DNA of 64,000 nucleotides from Cenarchaeum sp. (GTDB taxonomy: Archaea > Thermoproteota > Nitrososphaeria > Nitrososphaerales > Nitrosopumilaceae): assembly GCA_965242695.1 (NCBI GenBank), contig CBDESU010000002.1:768001-832000 (forward strand), read 5' to 3'. Made by a program: the position numbers and the translations under genes. The first letter of the stretch is position 1, and each line of letters begins with the position of its first letter. The notes beneath the pieces were generated by a model. It was given only the letters and a program-made list of their open reading frames with translations. It was not told where the DNA came from and did not search any database. Below, one piece after another: positions 1 to 9,927 of this stretch.

Positions 1-542
1 TCGACGTTGAACATGGCGTCGATCTCGTCGGCGAACACGATAAAGTCGGCGTCGCGCGTCCAAAGCTCCACGCGTCGCCGCCTTGCATTCTGCGCGGCAG
101 TCGACAAGATTATTGGATCGTTGCCCGAGCCGAGCGTTGGACGTGCCACATGGCGGCTTTTCCTCGAGTGCCACTCGGCAAACTTTCGGCTTTTCGGGTT
201 GCTTCGCATCGCTTCGGACATTTCGTGCACCGCGTCGATAAGCGCGGGGTTGTTTAGACACACGCTGCCTCTTAGCCGGTCATTGATCACCGACCTGGCT
301 CGGAGCCACACTATATCGGCGTGGTCTTTGTCTACCGTGTTTAGTATATCTTTGCGCAAGTTGTTCCGTGCCTCGTTGCACGCTGCGGCGGGGACGGACA
401 CACAGTTTTTCCCCAGAAACTCCCCTAGATGCTTCCTTAGAATGGCAGCTTTGCTGTTTGTGCTTTGAAGGCCAAGTTCGAGCAACGCACGCTCCCGCGC
501 ATAGTCGATTACCGCATTGGCATCAGTGTAGATTTCGGCCAT
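1..542 (-). CDS. PIN-domain (VapC-like) ribonuclease, 3' end runs off the window
   Basis: Not in ORF track. Manual translation from ATG 542: MAEIYTDANAVIDY...ACNEARNN...GNDPIILSTAA...ELWTRDADFIVFADEID, showing the PIN acidic set (D, E, D, TxDxDF). Confidence 0.75.
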   Translation of the reverse strand, partial: MAEIYTDANAVIDYARERALLELGLQSTNSKAAILRKHLGEFLGKNCVSVPAAACNEARNNLRKDILNTVDKDHADIVWLRARSVINDRLRGSVCLNNPALIDAVHEMSEAMRSNPKSRKFAEWHSRKSRHVARPTLGSGNDPIILSTAAQNARRRRVELWTRDADFIVFADEIDAMFNV

Positions 543-600
543 TGGATAACCGCCTTGTACGGCTCGCGCGTGCGACGTTCGGGGCGACCACCGGCTCGCA

Positions 601-1950
601 TCAGGGCGGATCGGCCGACAGTACCTCGGCCAGTGCGGCTTTTTCACGCTCGGTCAGTATCTCAGACAGCGGCCGATCGATCGGATCGTCGGCCAGGCCG
701 CGGCACTTGCAGTATTCCGCCAGGCAGTAGTACAGGTCGCTGATCGAGGCCGGCAGCTCCCCCACGTAGAGCCGCCACTTTTGCCGCATCTTTGCGTACA
801 GCACCCCTTCCTCGCCCACTTTTTCCCGCTCTGCCTCCGGCGGGGCATCGCTTATTTTCTGGCCTAGCCGCCTGAGCTGACCATGCATTTTTCCGATCAG
901 AGCGCGCAACACTTGGCCGTCCCTTTTGCTGGACAATTTGGCGTCACACACAATTTCATAAACCGTCTTGATGGTGCCCGTGACAAAAAACACGTGATCG
1001 AACCGCGCCAATTCGATGTCGTCCTTGCACTTCGAGGTTGGATCAAGTCCAGCCAGAACCGCATCCTTTGGGTTGGTCGGCGCCTGGTGCCCGCCGCCCC
1101 TGCGGCTGCCCCAGGCGCGGATCAGCCCGTCTAGATCGGCCCTGATGCTGTCCATTGTGCGCGGACGGCGGCAGAGGCCGCATGCCTCTTCAAGAATGTC
1201 CGGGACGGCCTTGTCCGAGAGCCCCGCCGCGGCCCTGACGGCCGCCCTAGGCCATGGCGCCCTGTCCCCCTTGACGTATTCCAAGGCGTTTCTGCCCTCG
1301 TCGGTCAGGTCGTAGTAGTGCGGCTCGTTGAGCGGAAGCATCTCGGGGTCTACGTCGCCTATGATCCACCTCTGGTGGCCCCTCGGCGCCCGGCCCATCC
1401 TGCCGCCCAGCGGATCGTACGCGGCCGGATCGAATCGCACCCTGCCGTACATCTTCCGGCCAGCCTCCGCATCAACCACGGCGGCGGCGGCGCTCAGCAC
1501 CGCCCGCGAGTGGACGGGCCCGACGGAGTCGAGGGCAAGCATGGCGGCCCACATCCAAGGCGGTACGCTGCGTGGCTCGGGAGGAACGGCATCGACGGGC
1601 TCGGTTTTCAGTATGCGGCTCACCTCCCTCCCTAGGCTCGCCGCGATCTTCTTTTCGGCCTCCAGCTGGGCTCTGCTGGCAACGCCCGTCATGTAGTCGT
1701 ACACGGAGCAGGTTCGCGCCTCCTTTACCCATTCGGCCATTCCCGTATCCGGGTACAGCCTGCCGAGTAGCCATCCGCGCGCCCTGAGCCGGTGCTCTCG
1801 CATCTTGGTCCTTTTGGCCCGCGCCCCACTGTAGTAGTCTAGCGCCTTGCGGTACCCGCCGCGGGAGATGGCATCGCGCATGTAGGTGCCTATGAACTCG
1901 TCGTCGAGCACCGGCCTGCCGTACTGCTCCTGTAGCCTTGCGCGCGCCAT
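601..1950 (-). CDS. Hypothetical protein with possible winged-helix (PadR/YwgA-like) segment; candidate partner of the PIN gene
   Basis: Long ORF; motif HYYDLTDEGR resembles the wHTH wing YxLTxxG; co-oriented just upstream of the PIN ORF; start uncertain (1950 or 1971). Confidence 0.55.
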   Translation of the reverse strand: MARARLQEQYGRPVLDDEFIGTYMRDAISRGGYRKALDYYSGARAKRTKMREHRLRARGWLLGRLYPDTGMAEWVKEARTCSVYDYMTGVASRAQLEAEKKIAASLGREVSRILKTEPVDAVPPEPRSVPPWMWAAMLALDSVGPVHSRAVLSAAAAVVDAEAGRKMYGRVRFDPAAYDPLGGRMGRAPRGHQRWIIGDVDPEMLPLNEPHYYDLTDEGRNALEYVKGDRAPWPRAAVRAAAGLSDKAVPDILEEACGLCRRPRTMDSIRADLDGLIRAWGSRRGGGHQAPTNPKDAVLAGLDPTSKCKDDIELARFDHVFFVTGTIKTVYEIVCDAKLSSKRDGQVLRALIGKMHGQLRRLGQKISDAPPEAEREKVGEEGVLYAKMRQKWRLYVGELPASISDLYYCLAEYCKCRGLADDPIDRPLSEILTEREKAALAEVLSADPP

Positions 1951-2080
1951 GGCCCCGCCCCCGCCCGGCATTCTATGAACCTACTGCCCGCCCCGCCTAA
2001 GCCTGATCTCCGCCCTGCACCGCCCAAGGCAGAGTCCGCGGCCGCCCTAGATATTTATCGCCGCGGGCCGGCCCCGTTCC

Positions 2081-2809
2081 GTGCGGACTACAGGCGGGCG
2101 CATCTCCGCTGCCGCCGTTCTGGCGCTTTTCCTTGCAGCGGCCGCCACCGCCGCCCTGCCGGAGCACCTGCCCCCCCTTCCGGCCGCCTCGGCCCAGGAT
2201 GTCAAGAACCCTTCCCTGTCGATCGAGACTGTCGAGCTGCGCGCGGCCGACTTTGGCACCACGGCGCGCGACGCGCCGGCCGAGGCGCTCGGCAGGGACC
2301 ACGCCGTCAGCTGGCAGGTGACGATAAGGAACTCGCTGCTCTACGAGCGGCCCGACGCCATCGCCGCCGTGAGGTTGCACGATGCGGCAGTCGACGGAAA
2401 GTTCATCGAGGTCGGCATGGGCAGCCCGCCGGACCGCAGGTTCTGGGTCGCAGTCCAGATACCCGGCGAGGAGGGCTACGTCGTGGTCCACCGAAACGCC
2501 GAGCGGGGGTGGAACCCTGACACGAACACGATAATCTCGTACACCGACCGCGCCGGCATGACGGTCAACAACGGCATGCGCATCGTCGTCTCGAACCTGG
2601 ACATCGGCGAGTTTGCCGTCGCCTCGTACTCTGCGTACGGGCTGGAGGGATCGGGCGACCCGCGTCCGGTCAACTCGGGGACGATGGCAGTCGAGTTCCT
2701 GTCGGGCGACCCTGCCGAGAACGTGTTCGCGTTCTTCCCGTTCTACGTGACGGCGGCCGTCGGCGCGCTCGTCGGCATCCTGTACCTGTCCAAGAAGAGG
2801 CAGGCGTAG
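2081..2809 (+). CDS. Exported/membrane-anchored hypothetical protein
   Basis: N-terminal hydrophobic signal (AAVLALFLAAAATAA), C-terminal TM helix followed by KKR; ATATTTAT box ~2051-2059. Confidence 0.7.
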   Translation: MRTTGGRISAAAVLALFLAAAATAALPEHLPPLPAASAQDVKNPSLSIETVELRAADFGTTARDAPAEALGRDHAVSWQVTIRNSLLYERPDAIAAVRLHDAAVDGKFIEVGMGSPPDRRFWVAVQIPGEEGYVVVHRNAERGWNPDTNTIISYTDRAGMTVNNGMRIVVSNLDIGEFAVASYSAYGLEGSGDPRPVNSGTMAVEFLSGDPAENVFAFFPFYVTAAVGALVGILYLSKKRQA

Positions 2810-2836
2810 CGGCCGGGGCCGCGGCTCCCCCGCCCC

Positions 2837-3940
2837 TCAGGGCGCCGCGCCCGCGGGCTGCTCGCAGTCGACCGGCTCGAGCTTGAACAGTATGGTCTCT
2901 TCGGGGCCGCGATAGTACATTTCGCGGTTTGTCAGCGTCTCGTGCGAGCGGTACCGGAGGCACGACTTGAAGACGACGTCGTCGCTCCCGGCGGCGCGCT
3001 CGAAGAGCAGGATCGGGTACCCCTCCGGCCCCGAGTCGCGGATGGCGCGGTTCATCTTGACCATGCTCTGGTCGTAGCGCCCCTCGCCGGCGCACATGAC
3101 GATCCCGTCCTTTTCGTACGTCCTCCGGTCCCTGCGCTCCCGCACTATGAGAATGACGTGGTTCTTGACGCTCCTGCCGATCCGGCCGAGCATCAGCAGC
3201 CCGAACCGCCCCCTGAACTCCTCCAGGGTGAGGCGCTCGCCCTTGCGCGGCATGATCTTGCGAAGGTGTGCGGCCCGCTCGGCCATCTCCGCCGCCGTGG
3301 GCTCGCGCACGACGCGCTGCGCATCAATGATGCGCAGCCTGCCTCCCGTCGCCTCTTCGATCTCGGCGGCGAACGCGAGCAGGTTGCTCCTTATCGTGAC
3401 GAGGTCCGCCCCGGCGCCTCCCGCCCTTTCGGCCGCGCCGGCCGCCTCGGCCGCCTCCCGCCGGTCGCCCTCGGCGTGCGAGTACAGCAACTTGAAGATG
3501 GCGTCCGCCGCCGCCTTGTCGTCGGGGTACTTTTGCTCGTGGACGGAGTCGAGCAGCACGTCCACTCGGAGGTCCGCCCACCTCTCCATCGCCTTGTACT
3601 GCGGATCGTCGAGGGCCGCGTGGTACACGGCATCTATCCTGCCCTGCCACCGCTCGTGGCTCTCGCCGCCGGCCGCATCGCGCATCCGGGCCAGCTCTCC
3701 GAGCAGGAGGGGGCGCCTCTTGCCCCTCGGGCCACCCCGCGCCTTCGCATAGGCCACGGAGATTTCCCTCCCGCTCTTGGTGAGCGCGATCCTGTCGATG
3801 TTCGCCTCTACGTACTCGTAGAAGCGGTCGGGCAGGAACGCGTATACCGAGTTTGGCATCTTGCGCTTGATTGCGACCGTTGCGGCAAGGACGTCGCCGA
3901 GGATCACGATGCGCTCGCCGCCCGCCGCCCGCCCCTGCAT
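2837..3940 (-). CDS. Degenerate PIN-like N-terminus fused to SRA/YDG-like (McrA-type) domain
   Basis: C-terminus GRIGRSVKNHVILI...CAGEGRYDQSMVKMNRAI...ILLFER...ILFKLEP fits the prokaryotic SRA pattern; N-terminus resembles the PIN ORF at 1-542; ATG 3940 abuts the TPR stop at 3942. Confidence 0.55.
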   Translation of the reverse strand: MQGRAAGGERIVILGDVLAATVAIKRKMPNSVYAFLPDRFYEYVEANIDRIALTKSGREISVAYAKARGGPRGKRRPLLLGELARMRDAAGGESHERWQGRIDAVYHAALDDPQYKAMERWADLRVDVLLDSVHEQKYPDDKAAADAIFKLLYSHAEGDRREAAEAAGAAERAGGAGADLVTIRSNLLAFAAEIEEATGGRLRIIDAQRVVREPTAAEMAERAAHLRKIMPRKGERLTLEEFRGRFGLLMLGRIGRSVKNHVILIVRERRDRRTYEKDGIVMCAGEGRYDQSMVKMNRAIRDSGPEGYPILLFERAAGSDDVVFKSCLRYRSHETLTNREMYYRGPEETILFKLEPVDCEQPAGAAP

Positions 3941-3941
3941 C

Positions 3942-5525
3942 CTACCTCCCGCCTCCCCCTGCGCCCCCCGGCCCGCGGCCCGCAAGCGCGGCGGCCGCGT
4001 TGTCCAGCAGGGCCCCCGTCTTGGCGTCTATGGTGCCGGCTATGCCGGGGCAGGACTTCTTGGCGTCCTCCCAGTGCCCCAGGGCCTCTTTCATGCGGCC
4101 TGCCCGCAGCTCGGCGGCGATTCGCGCCATCTGCGCGGCCCGGTTGCCCGGATCCATCTCGACCGCCCTCTCGCAGCAGGCCAGCGCCTCCCCCGGGCGA
4201 TCCGAGCCGATCAGCGCGGCCTTCATGGCCAGCGCCATTGCGTTGCCCGGCTCGATCCCGAGGGCCCTGTCTATGCACTCGAGGGCCTCCCTGTTCCGGC
4301 CCAGCCCGCCGAGCGCGTCGGCCCTCGTCGTCAGTACGCCGGCGTTGCCCGGCTCGATCTTGTCGGCCTTGTCGGCCCACTTGAGGGCCGCCTTGTGCCT
4401 GTCCCGCTTGTTGAGTATCTCCGCCTTTAGCTTGTACGCCTGCGCGCGGCTCGCGCCGGCCTTGACGGCCCCGTTGCAGCATGCCAGGGCCTCTTTTGCC
4501 AGGCCCTCGCCGAGCAGGATCACCGCCCTCGCCTGGTAGGCGGGCCAGTACCTTGGGTCCGCCCTGATGGCCCTGCCGAGCCACACGAGCGCCCTTTGGC
4601 GCCGCCCGAGCCTGTCTAGCGCGGCGCCGCCTGCAATGAGCGCCTGTGCGTTGCGCGGGTTGATCTTGAGGGCCCTGCGGGCCTCCGCGAGGGCTCCGTC
4701 ATAGCGCCCAAGGATCAGCAGCGAGCCGGCCATGCCGGTGTGCGCGTGCACAATGTCGGGGTCGGACTTGGCTGCCCTGCGGTACGCCCTGGCTGCCCTG
4801 CGGTACGACTTGACGGCCTCTTCGTGGCGGCCGGCCCCTGCAAGCATGTTGCCCAGGGTCCGGTGCGCAATCGCAGAGTCGGGGCTGTCCCTTGCCGCGG
4901 CCCTGCACCCCTCAACGGCCTCTTCGTGGCGGCCGAGGGCCAGCAGCGAGAGGCCCCTTATGCCGTGCAGCGTGTTTTCGGACTCTGCTACAAGGCCCGT
5001 GCCGCACCTCTTGATCCCCTCGTCGCAGCATGCGATGGCCTCTTCGTGCCTCTCCGCATCCATGAGGCACTCGGCCTTTTCTCCCCAGAACCGCGTGCTC
5101 GTCGGGTTGTTCTCGATTCCCCCGTCGCAGTACCCTAGCACCTCGTCGTCGGCCGCGCCGGATTTTGCCAGCGCGTCTACCAGGACCCATCGGGCGTCCT
5201 CGTTGCCGGGATCCATTTCCAAGGCCCTCCTGCCGTACCTCGCGGACACTTCGCAGTCGTCCCCCCAGTAGTACGCATCGGCGCAGGCGGCCAGCGAGTC
5301 GGCATCGCTCGGCTCGAGCCTGGCCGCCTCGCGCATCGCCTCGGCGGCCTCCTCCGGCCGGTTCATGGCCCACAGGGCGCGCGACCTTCCGGCATGCGCG
5401 AGGGCCATGCCCGGGTCGGCCTTTACGGCCCTGTCGCAGGCGGCGAGCATCTTTTCATGCTCCGCCTCCCGTGCCCACGCCTTGATCTTCTTGGCCAGCC
5501 CTTTGGCGTCGGCCTTTCCGCCCAT
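3942..5525 (-). CDS. Tetratricopeptide repeat protein (paralogue 4)
   Basis: Repeated A..LGR.EEA..C..RA...DP 34-aa units. Confidence 0.9.
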   Translation of the reverse strand: MGGKADAKGLAKKIKAWAREAEHEKMLAACDRAVKADPGMALAHAGRSRALWAMNRPEEAAEAMREAARLEPSDADSLAACADAYYWGDDCEVSARYGRRALEMDPGNEDARWVLVDALAKSGAADDEVLGYCDGGIENNPTSTRFWGEKAECLMDAERHEEAIACCDEGIKRCGTGLVAESENTLHGIRGLSLLALGRHEEAVEGCRAAARDSPDSAIAHRTLGNMLAGAGRHEEAVKSYRRAARAYRRAAKSDPDIVHAHTGMAGSLLILGRYDGALAEARRALKINPRNAQALIAGGAALDRLGRRQRALVWLGRAIRADPRYWPAYQARAVILLGEGLAKEALACCNGAVKAGASRAQAYKLKAEILNKRDRHKAALKWADKADKIEPGNAGVLTTRADALGGLGRNREALECIDRALGIEPGNAMALAMKAALIGSDRPGEALACCERAVEMDPGNRAAQMARIAAELRAGRMKEALGHWEDAKKSCPGIAGTIDAKTGALLDNAAAALAGRGPGGAGGGGR

Positions 5526-5541
5526 GCGGCCGCCCCCGCCA

Positions 5542-5563
5542 GCGGGCCGGTATAACCATACCG
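5542..5563 (-). promoter_or_regulatory. Conserved TPR-gene promoter element (CGGTAT-N4-ATACCG palindrome containing TTATA)
   Basis: gcgggccggtataaccataccg, identical at 7558-7579 and 9748-9769. Confidence 0.7.
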
Positions 5564-5583
5564 GCGCGGACGCAGCCCCCGCC

Positions 5584-7542
5584 CTACTTTTCGGCGGAGC
5601 CCTTGCCGGCCGCCTCGGCGGCCTCGTCCATCTCGGCGGCCGCCTCGGCCCCCATGGCCTCGGCTATGTCGGGGCAGGCCTTCTTGGCCTCCTTCCAGTG
5701 GCCTATCGCATCGTCCATCCGGTCCAGCTTCATCTCGGCGGCGATCCGCATTACATGCGCGCTGGTGCTGAGCGGATCCGCGCCGATCGCCCTCTCGCAG
5801 CAGGCCAGCGCCTCCTCACCCCGATCCAGGCCAATCAGCGCGCCGGCCTTTATGGCCAGCGCGTTGGCGCCGTCCGGCGCCGTCTTGGCCACCCTGTCTA
5901 TGCACTCGAGCGCCTCTTCGTTCCGGCGCAGGCTGCAGAGTATGTCGGCCCTCGTCGTCAGGATGCTGGGGTTGTCGGGCTCGAGCCGCGCCGCCCTGTC
6001 CACCCATACGAGCGCCTTTGCGCGCCTGCCCATCTTGCCGAGTATGATGGCCTTTAGCTCGCACGCCTGCGCGGGCCCCGCGCCCGCCTTTATGGCCCTG
6101 TTGCAGCACTTGAGCGCGGCCCCCATGTCCCCCTCCGCCAGCAGGATCGTCGCCCTGTCCCGGTAGGCCGGCCATTGCTTTGGCTTTGCCCTTATGGCCC
6201 TGCCGAGCCACGCGAGCGCCTTTCGGCGCCGGCCGAGCACGAGCAGCGCAGCCGCGCCCGTAACGTGCGCGTGGTCGTTTCGCGGGTCGAGCTTTGCGGC
6301 CCTGCGCGCCTCGCCGAGGGCCTCCTTGGTCCGGCCCTGCGCGATCAGCGAGCCGGACAGCCCGACGTACGTCTCGGACAGGCTGGGATCCACCTTGGCT
6401 GCCGCGCGGAACGACTCGGCCGCCTCTTCGTGCCGCCCGGCCCCTGCGAGCACGGTTCCCAGGGAAAAGTGCGCCGCCGCCGCAATGTCGGGCTCGGCCT
6501 TCTCCGCGGCCGCCCTGCACAGCTCGATTGCCTCCTCGTGCCGGCCGAGCTTTGAGAGCGCGTTGCCCTTGATCATCAGATCCCTGGCGCCGCCGGAGTC
6601 TGCCCCCCCGGTCCTGCCCGCCTCGAGCGCCTCCTCGTGCCGGCCGAGCATCGAGAGCAGGCACGCCCTCAGGGTGGGCGCCTCGTGCAGCTTTGGGTCC
6701 AGCTCAAGCGCCCTGTCGACGCTTTTTAGCGACTCCTTGAGGCGGCCGAGCCCCATGAGGGGGCCGGCCAGCGAGTACTGCGCCTGGGCATCGCGCGGGG
6801 CGATCCTCACGGCCTCTTCGGCATCCCTGAGCGAGTCCTTGTGGCGCCTCAGCTTGTACAGAGAGTACGACCTGGACATGCGCATGTGCAGGCCCGTGTC
6901 TCCGGCCGCAATCGCCTCGTCGTAGGCCTTGACCGCCTCCTCGTGCCGGTCGCTGTCCCGCAGCGCCAGGCCCCTTATGGTGTGCAGCGAGTCGCCGCCC
7001 CCGTCCACCAGGGCCGTGCCGCACGCGACGGCGGCCTCTTCGCAGCACTCGACGGCCTCGTCGTACCGATCTGCATTCCTGAGCTGCTCGGCCTTTCTGG
7101 CCCGGAACCGCGCGCTGGTCGGGTTGTTCTCGATCCCCTCCTCGCAGCACCGCAGTATCTCTTCGGTCTCGGCCTTGGATGCCGCCAGCGCCCATATCAG
7201 GGCCTCGCGGGCGTCCTCGCTGCCGGGATCCGCCCCTAGGGCGCTCTTGGCGTACTTGACGGCCTCTTCGCCGTCCTTTCCCATGCTGCAGGCGTTGGCG
7301 CAGAACGCAAGCGCATCGGCATCGGCGGGCTCGAGCCTGGCTGCCTCGCGCATCGCCTCGGCGGCCTCCTCCGGCCTGTTCGCCGCCCGCAGCGCGATCG
7401 ACCTTGCGGCATGCGCGAGGGCCAGGCTCGGGTCGGCCTTGATGGCCTTGTCGCAGGCGGCCAAGAGGCCCTCGTGGTCCCTCTCTTGGATCATCCGCCT
7501 GGCCCTTTGGGCCAGCTCCCCCGCATCGGACTCCCCGCCCAT
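5584..7542 (-). CDS. Tetratricopeptide repeat protein (paralogue 3)
   Basis: TPR units; start MGGESD at 7542 matches paralogue starts and promoter spacing. Confidence 0.9.
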   Translation of the reverse strand: MGGESDAGELAQRARRMIQERDHEGLLAACDKAIKADPSLALAHAARSIALRAANRPEEAAEAMREAARLEPADADALAFCANACSMGKDGEEAVKYAKSALGADPGSEDAREALIWALAASKAETEEILRCCEEGIENNPTSARFRARKAEQLRNADRYDEAVECCEEAAVACGTALVDGGGDSLHTIRGLALRDSDRHEEAVKAYDEAIAAGDTGLHMRMSRSYSLYKLRRHKDSLRDAEEAVRIAPRDAQAQYSLAGPLMGLGRLKESLKSVDRALELDPKLHEAPTLRACLLSMLGRHEEALEAGRTGGADSGGARDLMIKGNALSKLGRHEEAIELCRAAAEKAEPDIAAAAHFSLGTVLAGAGRHEEAAESFRAAAKVDPSLSETYVGLSGSLIAQGRTKEALGEARRAAKLDPRNDHAHVTGAAALLVLGRRRKALAWLGRAIRAKPKQWPAYRDRATILLAEGDMGAALKCCNRAIKAGAGPAQACELKAIILGKMGRRAKALVWVDRAARLEPDNPSILTTRADILCSLRRNEEALECIDRVAKTAPDGANALAIKAGALIGLDRGEEALACCERAIGADPLSTSAHVMRIAAEMKLDRMDDAIGHWKEAKKACPDIAEAMGAEAAAEMDEAAEAAGKGSAEK

Positions 7543-7557
7543 GCGGCCGGCGGGCAC

Positions 7558-7579
7558 GCGGGCCGGTATAACCATACCG
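7558..7579 (-). promoter_or_regulatory. Conserved TPR-gene promoter element
   Basis: gcgggccggtataaccataccg just upstream of ATG 7542. Confidence 0.7.
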
Positions 7580-7692
7580 CCCCGCCCGCCCGCTGCCGCC
7601 GCGGGGACGCTGCCCCGCCCCGCGCCAGCCGCGGCGGCCGCCCGCCCGCCCGCCCGCCGCTGATCGGCCCCCGCCGCTTCTACCTGCGCCGC

Positions 7693-9732
7693 TTAGGCCC
7701 CCGGTTTCCAGCCCCCTTCCCCGCCCGCGTCCAGGCCCGCGGCGACGGCGTCCAGGTCGGCCGCCGCCTCGGCCCCCATTATGTCGACCACGTCGGGGCG
7801 GGACTCCCTGGCCTCCTTCCAGTGCAGCGCGGCCTCTTTTATGCGGCCCGTCTTCACCTCTGCGACGATCCGCACCATATGCGCGAATGCGTTGCCCGGG
7901 TCCAGCCCGACTGCCTTCTCGCCGCAGGCCAGCGCCTCCTCCGGACGCCCGGCGCCAACCAGCGCGCTGGCCTTTATGGCCAGCGCCGCAGCGCCGTCCA
8001 GCCCCGCCTTGGCGGCCCCGTCTGCGCACTTGATCGCCTCTTCGTTCCGGCCCAGGCCGCACAGTGCGCTGGCCATTGTCGACAGGATGTCGGCGTTGTC
8101 GGGATCGAGCCTGGCGGCCCTGTCTGCGCACTCGAGGGCCTTTTCGTGCCTGCCCAGCTTGTCGAGGATGACGGCCTTTAGGTGGTACGCCTGCGCCGGA
8201 CTTGCGCCGGCCTTTACGGCCCTGTTGCAGCATGCCATCGCCGCCTTTGCCCTCCCCCTGCCGAGCAGGACCACCGCCCTGGCCTGGTAGGCGGACCAGC
8301 GCTTTGGGTCGTCCCGAATGGCCCTGCCGAGCCATGCGAGCGCCTTTCGCGGGCGGCCGAGGGACTTCATGGCGCAGGCCCCGGCAACGCGCGCGCGGTA
8401 GCTGTCCGGCTCGGACTTGAGCGCCCTGCGCGCCTCGTCGAGCGCCTCGGCGTACTGGCCAAGCATGTACAGCGCATCGGACAGCCCGATGCGCGACTGC
8501 GCACCGCCGGGATTGGCCGCAATGGCCCTGCGGTACGACTCGGCGGCCTCCTCGACGCAGCCAACCTCTACAAGCTCGACCGCCAGGACGTGGTGGGCCG
8601 CCGCAAGGCCGGGATTGCGTTCGGCCACCGCCCTGCACAGCTCGACGGCCTCTTCGTGCCGGCCGAGATCCGCTACCGCGCACGCCCTGTCCAGCTGCTC
8701 TTCCGCGTTGCCGGGTCCGGCCCTTTCGAAGGCGTCAAGGGCCTCCGCGGCGCGCCCAAGCCTCGAGAGCAGGGACGCCCTCGACCGCGCCGCCCCGTCC
8801 ATGCTGGGATCCAGCTCGAGGGCCCTGTCGGCGCTCTCCAGCGCCTCCTCCAGCCGCCCCAGGCCCGCGAGGGGGCCCACCATTGCATAGTGCGCCGCGG
8901 CCCCGCGCGGCGTCTCCCTTGCGGCCTCCTTGGCCTCCTCGAGCGCCTCCTCGCGCCGCCCCAGAGCGAGCAGCGAGTCGGACCTGTTCACGCGCACGAA
9001 CGTGCCGGCATCGCCGGCCGCAATCGCCTCGTCGTACGCCCTGGCGGCCTCTTCGTGGCGGCCGAGGGACCGCAGCGAGTCCGCCCTTATGGCGTACGGC
9101 GAGTCGCTGTACCCGGTGCCCGCCGGGCCCGTCATGCACACCCTGATCCCCTCGTCGCAATACGTAGCCCGATCTCGGCCGCGTCGATCTGGGGCGCGAT
9201 TGCCGCACACCCTGATCCACTCGTCGCAGCACGCAACGGCCTCTTCGTGCATCTCCATGTCCGCGAGGCGTCTGGCCTTTTCCCTCCAGAACCGCATGCT
9301 CGCCGGGTTCCTCTCTATTCCCTCGTCGCAGCACTCTAGGATCTCGCTGAATGCGGCGCTGGATCCCGACAGGGCGTTTATCATGACCTCGCGGGCGTCC
9401 TCGTCGCCGGGATCCATCTCGAGGGCCCTCTTGCCGTACCTCACGGACTCTTCGTAGTCGCTCCCCCAGTAGTAGGCGTTGGCGCAGAGCGCGAGCGTGT
9501 CCGCATCGGCGGGCTCGAGGCCGGCGGCGGTGCGGATCGCCTTGGCGGCCTCCTCCTGCCGGCCCGTGGCAAGCAGCGCGATCGACCTTGCGGCATGCGC
9601 GGCGGCCAGGTTCGGGTTCGCCTTGATGGCCTTGTCGCAGGCGGCCAAGACGCCCCTGTGGTCGTGCCTTTGGACCAGCCGCTTGATCTTCTCGGCCGCC
9701 TCTTCGCCGCCAGCGCCTCCCTTCCCTTCCAT
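7693..9732 (-). CDS. Tetratricopeptide repeat protein (paralogue 2)
   Basis: TPR units; start MEGKGG at 9732. Confidence 0.9.
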   Translation of the reverse strand: MEGKGGAGGEEAAEKIKRLVQRHDHRGVLAACDKAIKANPNLAAAHAARSIALLATGRQEEAAKAIRTAAGLEPADADTLALCANAYYWGSDYEESVRYGKRALEMDPGDEDAREVMINALSGSSAAFSEILECCDEGIERNPASMRFWREKARRLADMEMHEEAVACCDEWIRVCGNRAPDRRGRDRATYCDEGIRVCMTGPAGTGYSDSPYAIRADSLRSLGRHEEAARAYDEAIAAGDAGTFVRVNRSDSLLALGRREEALEEAKEAARETPRGAAAHYAMVGPLAGLGRLEEALESADRALELDPSMDGAARSRASLLSRLGRAAEALDAFERAGPGNAEEQLDRACAVADLGRHEEAVELCRAVAERNPGLAAAHHVLAVELVEVGCVEEAAESYRRAIAANPGGAQSRIGLSDALYMLGQYAEALDEARRALKSEPDSYRARVAGACAMKSLGRPRKALAWLGRAIRDDPKRWSAYQARAVVLLGRGRAKAAMACCNRAVKAGASPAQAYHLKAVILDKLGRHEKALECADRAARLDPDNADILSTMASALCGLGRNEEAIKCADGAAKAGLDGAAALAIKASALVGAGRPEEALACGEKAVGLDPGNAFAHMVRIVAEVKTGRIKEAALHWKEARESRPDVVDIMGAEAAADLDAVAAGLDAGGEGGWKPGA

Positions 9733-9747
9733 GGAGCCGGCTCGCCC

Positions 9748-9769
9748 GCGGGCCGGTATAACCATACCG
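9748..9769 (-). promoter_or_regulatory. Conserved TPR-gene promoter element
   Basis: gcgggccggtataaccataccg just upstream of ATG 9732. Confidence 0.7.
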
Positions 9770-9927
9770 CCGCGCGCCCGCATGCCTGTGGTAACGGGAG
9801 GGGGGGAGGCGCCCGCGGCAGGTGATCACGGCCCTCCGCCCTCCCATTCCGCCCCGCGGCCGTCACGCGCGGCAGCTCCTGCACAGGCCCTCCGCTCGGC
9901 CCCATGGCATCCGCGGTTCGTCATCGC

